Shown here in pieces: positions 8,010-18,119 of a DNA stretch of 64,000 bases; position 1 is the first letter of the stretch; every line of letters begins with the position of its first letter. The DNA is taken from contig DATBSO010000184.1 in NCBI GenBank assembly GCA_036559745.1, positions 14,023 to 78,022 of the forward strand, in the 5' to 3' direction. The notes beneath the pieces are model-generated. The model was not told the origin of the DNA and ran no database searches. It was given only the letters and a program-made list of their open reading frames with translations. The DNA comes from Gemmatimonadales bacterium. Lineage in GTDB: Bacteria; Gemmatimonadota; Gemmatimonadetes; Gemmatimonadales; GWC2-71-9. The translations under genes and the position numbers were made by a program.

Positions 8010-11000
8010 GCGAAGTCCAGTCGAACGGGGCGGACCAGGAGGTCCGCTACATCTTCATACGCAGGCCGGTGTTCGCGATCGTCATCAGCGTCGTCGTCGT
8101 CCTCCTCGGCGTCTTCGCCATCCGCCTGTTGCCGATCTCGCGGTATCCCCAGATCACACCGCCCGCGGTGCAGGTGCAGGCGACGTTTCCCGGCGCGACC
8201 GCCGAGGACGTCGCTGAAGCCGTGGCCGCGCCGATCGAGGCGCAGCTTTCCGGGCTCCAGGGGCTGCTTTACTACTCGTCGGCCAACGCGAGCGACGGGA
8301 CGCTCAGCCTGCAGATCTATTTCGACGTGACCCGCAGCCAGGACCTGGCGGCGGTAGACGTGCAGAACGCGGTGAAGCTCGCGGAGCCTCAGCTCCCCGA
8401 CGCCGTCCGTCAGAACGGCATCACCATCCTCAAGGCAAATACCGATATTCTCGGCGTCGTGGCGCTCACCTCCACCGATCCTCGCTACGACGCGGCGTAC
8501 CTCACGAATTACATGAAGCTCTACATCGAGGACGAGATCAAGCGCGTGCCAGGCATCGGCAACGCGCTCACGTTCGGCGGTCTCGAGTTCTCGATGCTGA
8601 TCCAGCTCGACCCCGACCGCATGGCGCAGCTGGGGATCACCACGAGCGATGTCGCTGCCGCGGTCCGGGAGCAGAACGCCACCAGTCCCGCCGGCCGGCT
8701 CGGCCGCGAGCCCGCCCCCGCGGGAACCGAGCTCACCCTTCCCGTCACGACGCTCGGCCGGCTCAAGACGCCCGAGCAGTTCGCGGACATCGTGGTCCGC
8801 GCCAAGAACGACGGCTCGATCGTCCGCATCCGCGACATCGGGAAGGTGGTGCTCGGCTCGCGCAACTATGATCTCGCCGGGCGGCTCAACGGCAAGCCGG
8901 TGGCGCCGTTGCTGCTCTATCTCCGCCCGGGCGCCAACGCCCTGGCGGCGCGCGAGTTGGTGGCCAAGCGGATGGACGAGCTGGCGAAGAATTTCCCGCC
9001 CGGTATCCAGTACAAGATCCCGTTCGATACGACGCCGTTCGTCACCGCGTCCATCAAGGAGGTCGTCACCACGCTCCTCGAGGCGATGGCACTGGTGACA
9101 CTGGTGGTGTTCATCTTTCTCCAGAGCTGGCGGGCCACGCTCATCCCCATGCTGGCCGTGCCGGTCAGCGTAATCGGCACGTTCCTCGGCCTGCTGATGC
9201 TCGGGTTCACCATCAACGTGCTGACGCTGTTCGCCCTGGTGCTCGCGATCGGCATCGTGGTGGACGATGCGATCGTCGTGATCGAGAACACCGAGCGGCT
9301 CATGGCCAACGAGGGGCTGCCGGCCCGCATCGCGGCCGATCGCGCGATCCGCCAGGTGGCGGGCGCGCTGATCGCGATCGTGCTCGCGCTCTGCGCGGTA
9401 TTCGTCCCCGTCGCGTTCCTGGGCGGCGTGACCGGCGAGATGTTCAAGCAGTTCGCCGTGACCCTGGTGATCGCGGTGGTGCTCTCGGGCATGGTCGCGC
9501 TGACGCTGACCCCGGCGCTCTGCGCGATCCTGCTCCGCGAGTCAGCCGAGACGCACACGACCGGATTCTTCGGCGCGTTCAATCGGTGGTTCGCCCGCGT
9601 GACCACCCGGTACTCGAACAATGTCGGACGGGTGCTCAACCGCCCCAAGACCTTTCTCGCGACGTTCGCCGTGCTGGTCGCGCTCGCGGCCGTGTTGTGG
9701 CGGCGAGTCCCTACGGCCTTCATCCCGACCGAGGACAAGGGCTACTTCGCGGTCGCGATGCAGCTCCCCGATGCCTCATCGCTTCAGCGGACGCAGGAAG
9801 TGGTCAAACGGGTCGAAGGCTTTCTCCACGACGAGCCTGCCGTCGTGAACATCGTTGGTTTTGCCGGACTCGACGTGCTCACCCGGACCAACCAGACCAA
9901 CAGCGCCACGATCTTCATCCTGCTCAAGCCATGGGAGGAGCGGGGCGCCGACGAGTCGATCGATGCGATCACCAAGCGGATCAACGGCAAGCTCTTCGGC
10001 ATGAAGGACGCCGTCGGCTTCGCGTTCAACCTTCCCGAGATCCCCGGTCTGGGCGCCACCTCGGGCGTCGAGGCCAATCTCCAGAATCGGGCCGGCAAGG
10101 ATGTGCGTGACTTCGCGCAGTCGGTGCAGGCATTCACCGCCGCCGTCAACAAGCTGCCGGCGGTCCAGTCCATGGCCACGAACTTCCGGGCGAATGTGCC
10201 GCAGGTGTACGTGGACGTGGATCGCGCGACGGCCAAGGCGCGCGGGGTGAATCTGACCGACCTGTTCAGTACGCTCCAGACCTTCCTGTCCACCCTCTAT
10301 ATCAACGACTTCAACCTGTACGGGCGGACGTATCGGGTGCAGGCGGAGGCGCTCCAGCAGTTCCGCCGCACGCCCGACGATATCGGCCGCCTCTACGTGC
10401 GCGGCCGCAACGACGAGATGGTGCCGGTCTCGGCTCTCGTTCACACCGAGTTCCGGAGCGGCCCAACCCAGCTGCTGCGGTTCAACGGGTTCCAGTCCGC
10501 GCTCTTCACCGGCACGCCCAAGACGGGACGAAGCTCGGGTGAGGTGCTGAAGGAGATCGACAGCCTGGTCTCCACCGAGTTCGCGCCGCAGGGCATCGGG
10601 GTCGGCTACTCCGGTCAGTCGTTCCAGGAGCGCGCGGCGACCGGACAGGCGGGTCTCGTCTTCGCACTCGGCCTCATCATCGTGTTCCTCGTCCTGGCCG
10701 CCCAGTACGAGAGCTGGTCCATCCCCTTCGCGGTGCTCTTCGGCGTGCCCTTCGGTGCGCTGGGCGCCCTCCTCGGGATCTGGCTGCGCGGCCTGCCGAG
10801 CGATATCTACTTCCAGGTCGGCCTGATCACCGTCGTCGGACTCGCGGCCAAGAACGCGATTCTGATCGTGGAGTTCGCCAACGAGATCCGGGGCAGAGGG
10901 ACGCCCATCCGCGAAGCAGCGGTCGAAGCGGCCAGGGAGCGGTTCCGGCCGATTCTCATGACCTCGCTCGCCTTCATCTTCGGCGTGTCGCCCCTCGTGA

Positions 11001-11203
11001 TCGCGCATGGCGCCGGCGCAGGCAGTCGCCACTCGCTCGGCACCGGCGTGTTCGCCGGGATGGTCTTCGCCACCTCGATCGGCATCTTCTTCATTCCTCT
11101 CTTTTTCCGGGTGATCCGTGGACTCGCGGAGCGGGGCGAATCGCGCCGGCCCGCGGGCGCGAGTGAGCCGTTACCGTCTCCCGCATCACCGGAGGCCCGA
11201 TGA
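8006..11203 (+). CDS. RND (HAE1, AcrB/MexB-type) multidrug efflux permease
   Basis: 1065 aa with typical N-terminus RRPVFAIVISVVVVLLG.. and two large periplasmic loops. Conserved TM4 segment AIGIVVDDAIVVIEN. ATGA overlap with the adaptor gene. Confidence 0.95.
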   Translation: MSEVQSNGADQEVRYIFIRRPVFAIVISVVVVLLGVFAIRLLPISRYPQITPPAVQVQATFPGATAEDVAEAVAAPIEAQLSGLQGLLYYSSANASDGTLSLQIYFDVTRSQDLAAVDVQNAVKLAEPQLPDAVRQNGITILKANTDILGVVALTSTDPRYDAAYLTNYMKLYIEDEIKRVPGIGNALTFGGLEFSMLIQLDPDRMAQLGITTSDVAAAVREQNATSPAGRLGREPAPAGTELTLPVTTLGRLKTPEQFADIVVRAKNDGSIVRIRDIGKVVLGSRNYDLAGRLNGKPVAPLLLYLRPGANALAARELVAKRMDELAKNFPPGIQYKIPFDTTPFVTASIKEVVTTLLEAMALVTLVVFIFLQSWRATLIPMLAVPVSVIGTFLGLLMLGFTINVLTLFALVLAIGIVVDDAIVVIENTERLMANEGLPARIAADRAIRQVAGALIAIVLALCAVFVPVAFLGGVTGEMFKQFAVTLVIAVVLSGMVALTLTPALCAILLRESAETHTTGFFGAFNRWFARVTTRYSNNVGRVLNRPKTFLATFAVLVALAAVLWRRVPTAFIPTEDKGYFAVAMQLPDASSLQRTQEVVKRVEGFLHDEPAVVNIVGFAGLDVLTRTNQTNSATIFILLKPWEERGADESIDAITKRINGKLFGMKDAVGFAFNLPEIPGLGATSGVEANLQNRAGKDVRDFAQSVQAFTAAVNKLPAVQSMATNFRANVPQVYVDVDRATAKARGVNLTDLFSTLQTFLSTLYINDFNLYGRTYRVQAEALQQFRRTPDDIGRLYVRGRNDEMVPVSALVHTEFRSGPTQLLRFNGFQSALFTGTPKTGRSSGEVLKEIDSLVSTEFAPQGIGVGYSGQSFQERAATGQAGLVFALGLIIVFLVLAAQYESWSIPFAVLFGVPFGALGALLGIWLRGLPSDIYFQVGLITVVGLAAKNAILIVEFANEIRGRGTPIREAAVEAARERFRPILMTSLAFIFGVSPLVIAHGAGAGSRHSLGTGVFAGMVFATSIGIFFIPLFFRVIRGLAERGESRRPAGASEPLPSPASPEAR

Positions 11204-12681
11204 TCCGGTATCTCCCGGCAGGACTCCTGGCACTGGTCGCGGCGGGGTGTGCCGTCGGCCCGAGCTATCGTCCCGACGAGGTGGTTCCCGCGTCGACCAA
11301 GGTCGGCGCGGCCCAGTCGAGCGAAACCACCAAGGTCTTCTTCGATTCGCTGGCCAGAGCCAGGGAACAGGACACCCTCGCGACGGCGGGCGCGCCGCCC
11401 GCGCCACGCGTCCTGCTGCCCGATTCGCTCACGACGCTCGCCTGGCTCGACATCTTCCGCGATACCACGATGGTCGGGCTGGTGCGGACCGCACTTCGAC
11501 AGAACCGCGATCTCCAGGTGGCGGTCGGCAGGATCCGCGAGTTCCGGGCGGAGGTCGGGATCGCGCGCGCGCCGCTATTCCCGTCGGTCAGCGCCAATGG
11601 CAGCGTGAGCACCAACCAGGTCGCGATCGGCGCGTTTCCTCCGACGTCCTACGACGCCTTCCGTGTCACGGGCGACCTCGCCTGGGAGCTGGACTTCTGG
11701 GGGCGGACGCGGCGGGGAATCCAGGCCGCCAAGGCCGATCTCGCTTCGGAAGAGGCGGGACAGCGCGCGGTCATTCTCTCGCTCGTGAGCGACGTCGCGA
11801 CCGGGTATCTCTCGCTTCTCGAGCTCGACCAGGAACGCAGCATTGCCGAGCGGACGCTGGCCTCGCGGCAGGCCACACTCGATCTGGCGCGGCAGCGTTT
11901 TCGTCAGGGACTCACGTCGGAGCTCGACGTGCGGCAATTCGAGGCGCAGGTCGCGGTGCCGGCGGCAACCCTCGCGCAAACCGAGCGTCTGCGCGCCGAG
12001 CAGGAGCATCAGCTCAGCCTGTTGCTGGGCGAGGCCCCGAGCACCGTCGCCCGCGGTGGCTCGCTGTCCCAGGCGGTGAGCGCCTTGAGCATACCCGATT
12101 CGTTTCCGGCGACGCTGCTCTCCAGGCGTCCCGATGTCCAGCAGGCGGAGCGGGCCTACGCGGCGGCGACCGCGCGGATCGGGGTGGCCGAGGCGGCGCG
12201 TCTCCCCACGATCTCGGTCACCGGCTCGTACGGCTCGCAGGCGGCCAAGGCGGGCGACCTCTTTACGTCCAACAGCGAGATCTACCAGGCGTTGGCCGGG
12301 ATCTCGCTCCCGATCTTCACCGGCGGACGCCTCGTCAACGAGACCCGCGTGGCCCGGGCGCGGGCCGACCAGGCCAGGGCTCAATACGAGCAGAGCGTGC
12401 TCGTCGCGCTCCGGGAGGCGAGCGACGCCCTGGTGGGCGTGCGCACCGCCCGAGACCAGGTGGCCGCGCAACAGACGCAGGCGCAGGCGCTCCGCCGGGC
12501 GTTTCAGCTCGCCGAGCTGCGGTACCGGACCGGGATCGCGAGCTACATCGAGGTGCTCGACGCCCAGCGGAGCCTCTTCGACGCCGAGCTTGGGCTGAGC
12601 CAGGCGCAGCTCCGCCAGCTGGCGGCGGCGGTGCAGCTCTATCGGGCGCTCGGAGGCAGCTGGACCACCGGATCCCAATAG
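11200..12681 (+). CDS. Efflux outer-membrane factor lipoprotein (NodT/OprM family)
   Basis: ATGA overlap at 11200-11203. Lipobox VAAGC. Two OEP repeats with characteristic ..DLQVAVGRIREFRAEVG.. and ..RYRTGIASYIEVLDAQRSLF... Confidence 0.9.
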   Translation: MIRYLPAGLLALVAAGCAVGPSYRPDEVVPASTKVGAAQSSETTKVFFDSLARAREQDTLATAGAPPAPRVLLPDSLTTLAWLDIFRDTTMVGLVRTALRQNRDLQVAVGRIREFRAEVGIARAPLFPSVSANGSVSTNQVAIGAFPPTSYDAFRVTGDLAWELDFWGRTRRGIQAAKADLASEEAGQRAVILSLVSDVATGYLSLLELDQERSIAERTLASRQATLDLARQRFRQGLTSELDVRQFEAQVAVPAATLAQTERLRAEQEHQLSLLLGEAPSTVARGGSLSQAVSALSIPDSFPATLLSRRPDVQQAERAYAAATARIGVAEAARLPTISVTGSYGSQAAKAGDLFTSNSEIYQALAGISLPIFTGGRLVNETRVARARADQARAQYEQSVLVALREASDALVGVRTARDQVAAQQTQAQALRRAFQLAELRYRTGIASYIEVLDAQRSLFDAELGLSQAQLRQLAAAVQLYRALGGSWTTGSQ

Positions 12682-12712
12682 CGCTTAGCGCTGACGTGAC
12701 GGGAGGGTGCTT

Positions 12713-12733
12713 GCCGGGTGACGACCGCCCGGC
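12713..12733 (+). terminator. GC hairpin downstream of the efflux operon (possible terminator)
   Basis: GCCGGG (12713-12718) pairs with CCCGGC (12728-12733) with a 9-nt loop, 32 nt after the OMF stop. No U-tract. Confidence 0.25.
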
Positions 12734-12777
12734 GAGCTTGTGAGCGTCTCCCAGTCCCACCCCTCTCGGAGCGCATC

Positions 12778-13779
12778 ATGAAACGCCTCGTTCTCGTCGC
12801 GGCTCTGGCAGTCGCCGCGTCTCCCCTGCTCGCTCAAGACAACCCCTTCAAGCTACCCAAGAGCAAAGTCCCCGCCATCCAGATTTCCTACGCCTACGCC
12901 GGCGACATGCAGGGCACCGCCGAGAAGGCCATCTCGAAGGACCGGCTCGTCTCGCACGAGACGACCACGGCAAAGTTCTTCGGCAAGACCACCAACACCG
13001 ACTCGTGGACGATGTTCACACCGGAATGGAATTACACCGCCGACCTCAGCAAGAAGACCGGCATGAAGCGGCCGAACGTCCTGCCGTACATGGAAAAGGC
13101 CTACGACGATCTCGACGGCACGTCGAAGAAGCGGTTGCACCAGAACATGCAGGACATGGCGCAGATGATGACCCGCGCCTTCGGCAGCCAGACCCTCTGG
13201 AGCGGCGAGAAGACCGGCGGCACCAAGACGTACGCCGGGGAGACGTGCGAGGAGCACACCTTCGGAGCGTTCTCCGTCTGCTCGATGAAGGATGCGCCCG
13301 TGGTTCCGCTGCACATGCAGGGCAGCCTGCTCTGTGTGGACTTCGAGGAGACCGCGACGTCGGTCAGGAGGGGCGAGCCCCCCGCATCCGCCTTCGAGCC
13401 TCCCGCGGGGATCGATTTCACGTCCGACACCACGATGACCAACCCCGACTCGCTCGCACACGGTTTCGTCAACTATCTCGCCAGCCAGCAGCTCGCCGAT
13501 TCGATCGCGAAGGCGAAGGCAGACATGGCGAAGCAATCCACCGCCAGCGACACGAGCAGCACGACGGGGTCGGAGCAGAAAGAGTTGACGCCCGAGGAGA
13601 AAGCGCAGCAGCGACAGGCCTGCGAGGCGCTCAAGAACTTCGATCTCGGCAAGACGATGGCGAACGCGGGCAAGTCGATCGTCAACGAGGCGGTGCATGA
13701 GGTCGTCGAGGAAAAGAAGGCGGAGGCCAGGCAGGACGCGAAGAACAAGATCAAGAAGCTGATCAAGAAGCCGTTCTAG
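12778..13779 (+). CDS. Secreted hypothetical protein with Lys-rich C-terminal tail
   Basis: ATG 12778 gives the signal peptide MKRLVLVAALAVAASPLLAQ. Composition is protein-like, with codon usage slightly less GC-biased than the neighbours. Tail ..EEKKAEARQDAKNKIKKLIKKPF. No family recognised. Confidence 0.6.
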   Translation: MKRLVLVAALAVAASPLLAQDNPFKLPKSKVPAIQISYAYAGDMQGTAEKAISKDRLVSHETTTAKFFGKTTNTDSWTMFTPEWNYTADLSKKTGMKRPNVLPYMEKAYDDLDGTSKKRLHQNMQDMAQMMTRAFGSQTLWSGEKTGGTKTYAGETCEEHTFGAFSVCSMKDAPVVPLHMQGSLLCVDFEETATSVRRGEPPASAFEPPAGIDFTSDTTMTNPDSLAHGFVNYLASQQLADSIAKAKADMAKQSTASDTSSTTGSEQKELTPEEKAQQRQACEALKNFDLGKTMANAGKSIVNEAVHEVVEEKKAEARQDAKNKIKKLIKKPF

Positions 13780-13873
13780 CGGGAAGCAACCCTTTTCCGG
13801 GCATCCGCATCCAATTGCAGTGGGAGCGAAACGCGGCCGCACATCGTCCGTAGGGTAGAAGCTCACATTGCTG

Positions 13874-15106
13874 ATGGCGGATGATCGGTTGATTGGCAGG
13901 CGACGTTTCATCGCTGCAACAGCGGGAGGGGCGCTCGGGTTGGTTGGGCCTCTCCCCGCCTGGCCGGTGCAGACCAACGCACCGGCGTCGGGCAGGCGCC
14001 TGTCCCCACGCTGGTTTCCCACTCCCGAGCTGATTCGTCAGCTCCCTCGTCTCCTCGAGCTCGCAACGGTGCCCGGCGCCGCAATCGCTGTCGTCGACAC
14101 TGGGCGCACGTGGGACCACGGCTTCGGCAGGGCGAGCCTCGATCCCCCGCAGCAGGTCACCACCGACACCGTCTTCGAGGCCGCCTCGCTCGGCAAACCG
14201 CTCTTCGCCTATCAGGTGCTGCGGATGGTGGACGCGGGGTTGCTCGATCTCGATCGCCCGCTCTACGACTACCTGCCGGTCCCCGAAGCGAACAACAAGC
14301 GGATGCGCCGGGTCACGACCCGCCACGTTCTCAGTCACACGAGCGGTCTTCCCAATTGGCGGAAAGAGCCTGGTCCCCTCGAGCCCGCGACCGAGCCGGG
14401 AACCGCGTACGCCTACTCCGGCGAGGGCTTCTTCTACCTCCAGCGCGTGGTCGAGAAGGTGACCGGTCGCCCCGTCGCACGCCTCATGGAGGAAGAGATC
14501 TTCGGCCCGTTCGGGATGACCGATAGCAGCTACGTCTGGCGGCCCGCGTTCGATCGGCGGATGGCGGTGGGGTATGACGAGACCGGAAACCGGCAGGAGG
14601 TGTACGCGGCGATCGGCCGCCGAGCCGCGGTCGTGGCGGCCGCATGGAAACGACCGCTTCTCGACTGGCGCTACGAGGAGTCGGCCCGGACGGTCACCCT
14701 GGTCAATCCCGAATGGCCGGTGCTGCCGCTGTACATGGTGCCCAACGTCGCCAGCTCACTCCTTACGACCGCCCGAGACTATGCCCGGTTCCTCACCCGT
14801 GTAGTCGCGCCGCAGCCGGATGGTCTCACGCTCCAGCGTGCGACGCTGGAGCAGATGACCCGGCCCCAGATCGAGATCAACAGCGCCCTGTCGTGGGGCC
14901 TGGGGTGGGGAATTCAGCGTGACGAGTTCGGCCAGGTGCTCTGGCACTGGGGCGCGAACAACAGCTTCCGCAATTTCGTCATTGCCGACATCGCGGGGGG
15001 CCGTGCAGTGGTCGTGCTGACCAATGGCGAGAACGGCCCCCGAGTCTACGAGCGCGTCATCGCCTCGGTCACCGGCCACGACCACCCCGCGTTTCTCAGG
15101 GCCTGA
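13874..15106 (+). CDS. Serine hydrolase, beta-lactamase/transpeptidase-like family, Tat-exported
   Basis: Twin-arginine signal ..IGRRRFIAATAGGALG.. SxxK motif in ..FEAASLGKPLFAY.. and YxN-like YSGEG region. Start ATG 13874 (TTG 13868 is also in frame). Confidence 0.8.
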   Translation: MADDRLIGRRRFIAATAGGALGLVGPLPAWPVQTNAPASGRRLSPRWFPTPELIRQLPRLLELATVPGAAIAVVDTGRTWDHGFGRASLDPPQQVTTDTVFEAASLGKPLFAYQVLRMVDAGLLDLDRPLYDYLPVPEANNKRMRRVTTRHVLSHTSGLPNWRKEPGPLEPATEPGTAYAYSGEGFFYLQRVVEKVTGRPVARLMEEEIFGPFGMTDSSYVWRPAFDRRMAVGYDETGNRQEVYAAIGRRAAVVAAAWKRPLLDWRYEESARTVTLVNPEWPVLPLYMVPNVASSLLTTARDYARFLTRVVAPQPDGLTLQRATLEQMTRPQIEINSALSWGLGWGIQRDEFGQVLWHWGANNSFRNFVIADIAGGRAVVVLTNGENGPRVYERVIASVTGHDHPAFLRA

Positions 15107-15191
15107 ACCGGTCCCCCTTTCAGCTCCACGCCGGCGTTTCAAACTGATCGCAGGTGCAACTCGCACCGCGCTCGCCGTCATAGTGTGTGAC

Positions 15192-15719
15192 ATGCGAGAC
15201 CAACACCGCCCCAAACAGGAACTGATCTGCGAGGTCACCGCCCTGCGGAAGCAGGTGGCCGACCTCAAGGATGCCATGACGGCGCGCCGCCGCGTCGAGG
15301 ACGCGCTCCGTGCCGGAGAGGTACAGATGCGCGCCCTGGCCGACGGGGCGCCCGTGGGACTCTGCCTGTTCAGCCGGAGCGGCACGCCTATCGCCGCGAA
15401 CCTCCCATTCGCCCGGCTGCTCGGCTACGACTCGCCGGCCGAGCTGCTGCGGGTGGCGGGCTCGCTCGGCGTCTTCGCCAACCGCGACGAGGAGGTACGG
15501 ATCTTTTCGCTGGTGGAGCGGGGGCAGGAGCGGGTGTCGGGCGCCATCTTCCGGCAGAAGGATGGCGTCCGACAGGCTTTCGGCGTCATCGGCGGGACCT
15601 GCGGCGACCCGGATGCCGTGGTACTCGTCATACTCGAGCGCCAGCCCCAGCCCTGGCGCGCACCGCCGCTCGCGGCGCTCAGCCCCGCCTGGTCGGTGCC
15701 CACGCGCTCGGCTTCCTAA
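15192..15719 (+). CDS. Stand-alone PAS-domain protein with N-terminal coiled coil
   Basis: ATG 15192. The segment ..ALADGAPVGLCLFSRSGTPIAANLPFARLLGYDSPAELL...FRQKDGVRQAFGVIG.. resembles a PAS fold. The upstream part of the ORF overlaps the preceding gene. Confidence 0.55.
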   Translation: MRDQHRPKQELICEVTALRKQVADLKDAMTARRRVEDALRAGEVQMRALADGAPVGLCLFSRSGTPIAANLPFARLLGYDSPAELLRVAGSLGVFANRDEEVRIFSLVERGQERVSGAIFRQKDGVRQAFGVIGGTCGDPDAVVLVILERQPQPWRAPPLAALSPAWSVPTRSAS

Positions 15720-15732
15720 AATGTGAAGTCGC

Positions 15733-16254
15733 TCACTGGCCCGAGGTCGCGGGACTCGCTCGCGGCCGTTTGCTCATGTACTCGCGCAGCAAGGCGGCCT
15801 CCTCGCTGACTGTGGTCACCGCGATGGTCGTCTCCCGCAACAGCACGACGCAACCCGCCACCAGCCCGCCTACCGCCACGAATCCGGCACACACGCCGAT
15901 GATCTCGAGCGCGTGGGTGGCGGACACAGGCCCGGCCATGCTCACGGCCCCACCGACGAGCGAGATGAACGCCGAGGCCGCGAACCCGCCGAGCGCCCCA
16001 TAGAAGAAGCGAAGGGAGCGAAGCAGCATGAGCGCCCGTTGCTCGGACAAGCCTACCTCGCGCAGCCGGAACTCGGCGAACGGGTCGTCCTCCGCCCGCG
16101 GGCGCTCCAGGTCCGCGGCCAGGGCGCGTGCACGGTCCACCGCCCGGGCGAGGCGGTTGCTGGTGCTGAGCACGAGAATCGAGGAGGCGTTGGTCAGGAC
16201 CGCTGGCGCGACGATGAGCGTGAGCGCGGCGTAGGGGTTGGTGGGATCCGACAT
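15733..16254 (-). CDS. DUF2721-family membrane protein
   Basis: 173 aa. ..LIVAPAVLTNASSILVLSTSNRLARAVDRARAL.. followed by two further hydrophobic helices matches the DUF2721 pattern. Confidence 0.7.
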   Translation of the reverse strand: MSDPTNPYAALTLIVAPAVLTNASSILVLSTSNRLARAVDRARALAADLERPRAEDDPFAEFRLREVGLSEQRALMLLRSLRFFYGALGGFAASAFISLVGGAVSMAGPVSATHALEIIGVCAGFVAVGGLVAGCVVLLRETTIAVTTVSEEAALLREYMSKRPRASPATSGQ

Positions 16255-16320
16255 TGAGGCTCTCGGTGGAGGACCGCGGAATATATGAAGCCGCGGTCCC
16301 CACCGGCGCGCCTCACCTGC

Positions 16321-17928
16321 TCATTTTCCGGCGAGCTTGATCCGCTCGATGCGCCGGCTTTGCGCCCTGGGGTTGTAGACCTGGAGGCTTACGACGCTGC
16401 CCGGCTTCTCCGACGCCAGCACCCGTCGCAGCTCCCCCGGCGTCTTCACCGGGGTGCCTTCGACCGTCAGGATGATGTCCGGGCCGCTGTGGTCACCATC
16501 GACCAGCTCGCCCCACGAGGGACCTCCCTCGTCGACGTCGGTCACCAGCAGCCCTCGCTGGTCGGACTTCAGACTGAGCTGCTGCACATCGTCCGAGCCC
16601 AGGGGAGCCACGGTGATGCCGAGACCTTGGAACGACGCCGCGCCACTGCCGGTGTCATCGGCAGCATCGTCCGACGAGTCGGCCGCGAGCGCCGTCTCCT
16701 TGGCGGCCGGCAACTCCTGAAGGCGTACGTCAAAGGTCTTGCGAACGCCACCCTTCCGGGCCACCTCGACCTTCACGGTCTCACCGGGACGGCGGAAGGC
16801 GATCTGCTGCTGGAGCTGCCCCACGTACTCCACCGGCTTGCCGTCGATGGACACGATGATATCCCCGGGCTCGATTCCCGCCTTCCTGGCCGGCGAGGTC
16901 TCGCTACCGTAATCCTGGACCACGATCCCACGGATGTCCGGCAGACCAACGTAGGCCGCGTCGTTGGGCGAGATGTTGCGCACCGTAACGCCAAGGGCCG
17001 CGCGCTCCACCCGGCCGTGAGCGATGATCTGATCCATCACCCGGCGAGCCAGGTTGATCGGAATCGCGAATCCGTAGCCCGAGTAGAACCCGGTCTCACT
17101 CTCGATCGCCGAGTTGACGCCGATGACCTGGCCGCTCACGCTCACCAGCGGGCCTCCGGAATTGCCGGGGTTGATCGCCGCGTCGGTCTGGATGAAGTCC
17201 TGGATACTCCGGTCGCTGGTGTTGGGCAGGGTGAGGCTCCGACCCTTGGCGCTGATGATGCCCGAGGTGACCGTGAACGTCAGGTTCTCGCCCAGCGGGT
17301 TCCCCACGGCCAGCACCCATTCGCCCACGCGCGAGGCGTCGCTGTCGCCGAGCGGAGCCGGAGTCAGATTGTCGGCCTCGATCTTGAGCACGGCCAGATC
17401 GGTGTTGGGGTCGGTCCCCACGACCTTGGCGGTGAATTCGCGGCGGTCGAGTAGCCGCACCGTCACCTTGTCCGACCCCTCGACGACGTGATTGTTCGTC
17501 AGGATGTAGCCGTCGCGGGACACCACGAAGCCTGAGCCGGCGCTCTCCTGGAACTGAGGACCCTGCTGCCTGCGGAACCGGGGAAAGAACTGCTCGAACC
17601 CGGGCGGGACCTGAAACTCCGGCCCGGTCGACTCACGCCGTTCCTTCCTGTCCGACTTGATGAACACGACGCTCGGCTTTACCTGCTCCGCGACCGCCGC
17701 GAACGCCTGGCTCAAGTCGGAGAGGGCCGCCGCCCCTGCCGGAGAGGTATTGGGTCGGGAAGGCACCGGCTGACCCGCGGCATACCGGGAGCCCGGATTC
17801 GGCTGCTGGGCTGGGGACTGAGCCGAGGAGACGAGCGGGAGGTGGAAGAGGCCGGCGAAGAGCAGTCCGGCGAGGAATGCGATGCCGATACCGCTCGAGC
17901 GGATCCGGCTGGTCCATCCGTCAGACAT
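16321..17928 (-). CDS. Periplasmic serine endoprotease, HtrA/DegP (Do) family, two PDZ domains
   Basis: Signal/anchor ..GIGIAFLAGLLFAGLF.. Catalytic contexts TNNHVV, DLAVLKI, GNSGGPL. Two PDZ-like regions (..GIVVQDY..PARKAGIEPGDIIVSIDG.. and ..GLLVTDVDEGGP..). Confidence 0.9.
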   Translation of the reverse strand: MSDGWTSRIRSSGIGIAFLAGLLFAGLFHLPLVSSAQSPAQQPNPGSRYAAGQPVPSRPNTSPAGAAALSDLSQAFAAVAEQVKPSVVFIKSDRKERRESTGPEFQVPPGFEQFFPRFRRQQGPQFQESAGSGFVVSRDGYILTNNHVVEGSDKVTVRLLDRREFTAKVVGTDPNTDLAVLKIEADNLTPAPLGDSDASRVGEWVLAVGNPLGENLTFTVTSGIISAKGRSLTLPNTSDRSIQDFIQTDAAINPGNSGGPLVSVSGQVIGVNSAIESETGFYSGYGFAIPINLARRVMDQIIAHGRVERAALGVTVRNISPNDAAYVGLPDIRGIVVQDYGSETSPARKAGIEPGDIIVSIDGKPVEYVGQLQQQIAFRRPGETVKVEVARKGGVRKTFDVRLQELPAAKETALAADSSDDAADDTGSGAASFQGLGITVAPLGSDDVQQLSLKSDQRGLLVTDVDEGGPSWGELVDGDHSGPDIILTVEGTPVKTPGELRRVLASEKPGSVVSLQVYNPRAQSRRIERIKLAGK

Positions 17929-18119
17929 GTAGGGCGTCTCCTGTACGTGTGACTGGAACTCGGGCCAGTCGGCCCGGCAGGTGATGGGATGCCCGGCGGC
18001 GCTCGAGGGTCGCGTCCGGAACCCCGGGCGAAACCGAGACTTGCCCCTATCCCGTAGTCAGGTGATGATCCCCGGCCGGGCGAATCACGCCCCGACACTA
18101 CGACCGATGGAGAAACCCG

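Noticed and set aside
11118-12743. 541-aa plus-strand ORF overlapping the outer-membrane factor gene in another frame
   Set aside because: The 11200..12681 frame has a lipobox and OEP repeats. The alternative frame is an Arg/Gly/Pro-rich shadow.
17979-18067. AGGTGATG...CCCGGC repeated 81 bp apart in the htrA / M1 peptidase divergent region
   Set aside because: Only an 8-mer plus a GC-rich tail are shared. This could easily be chance in a 190-bp GC-rich spacer. Not enough support to call a regulatory site.
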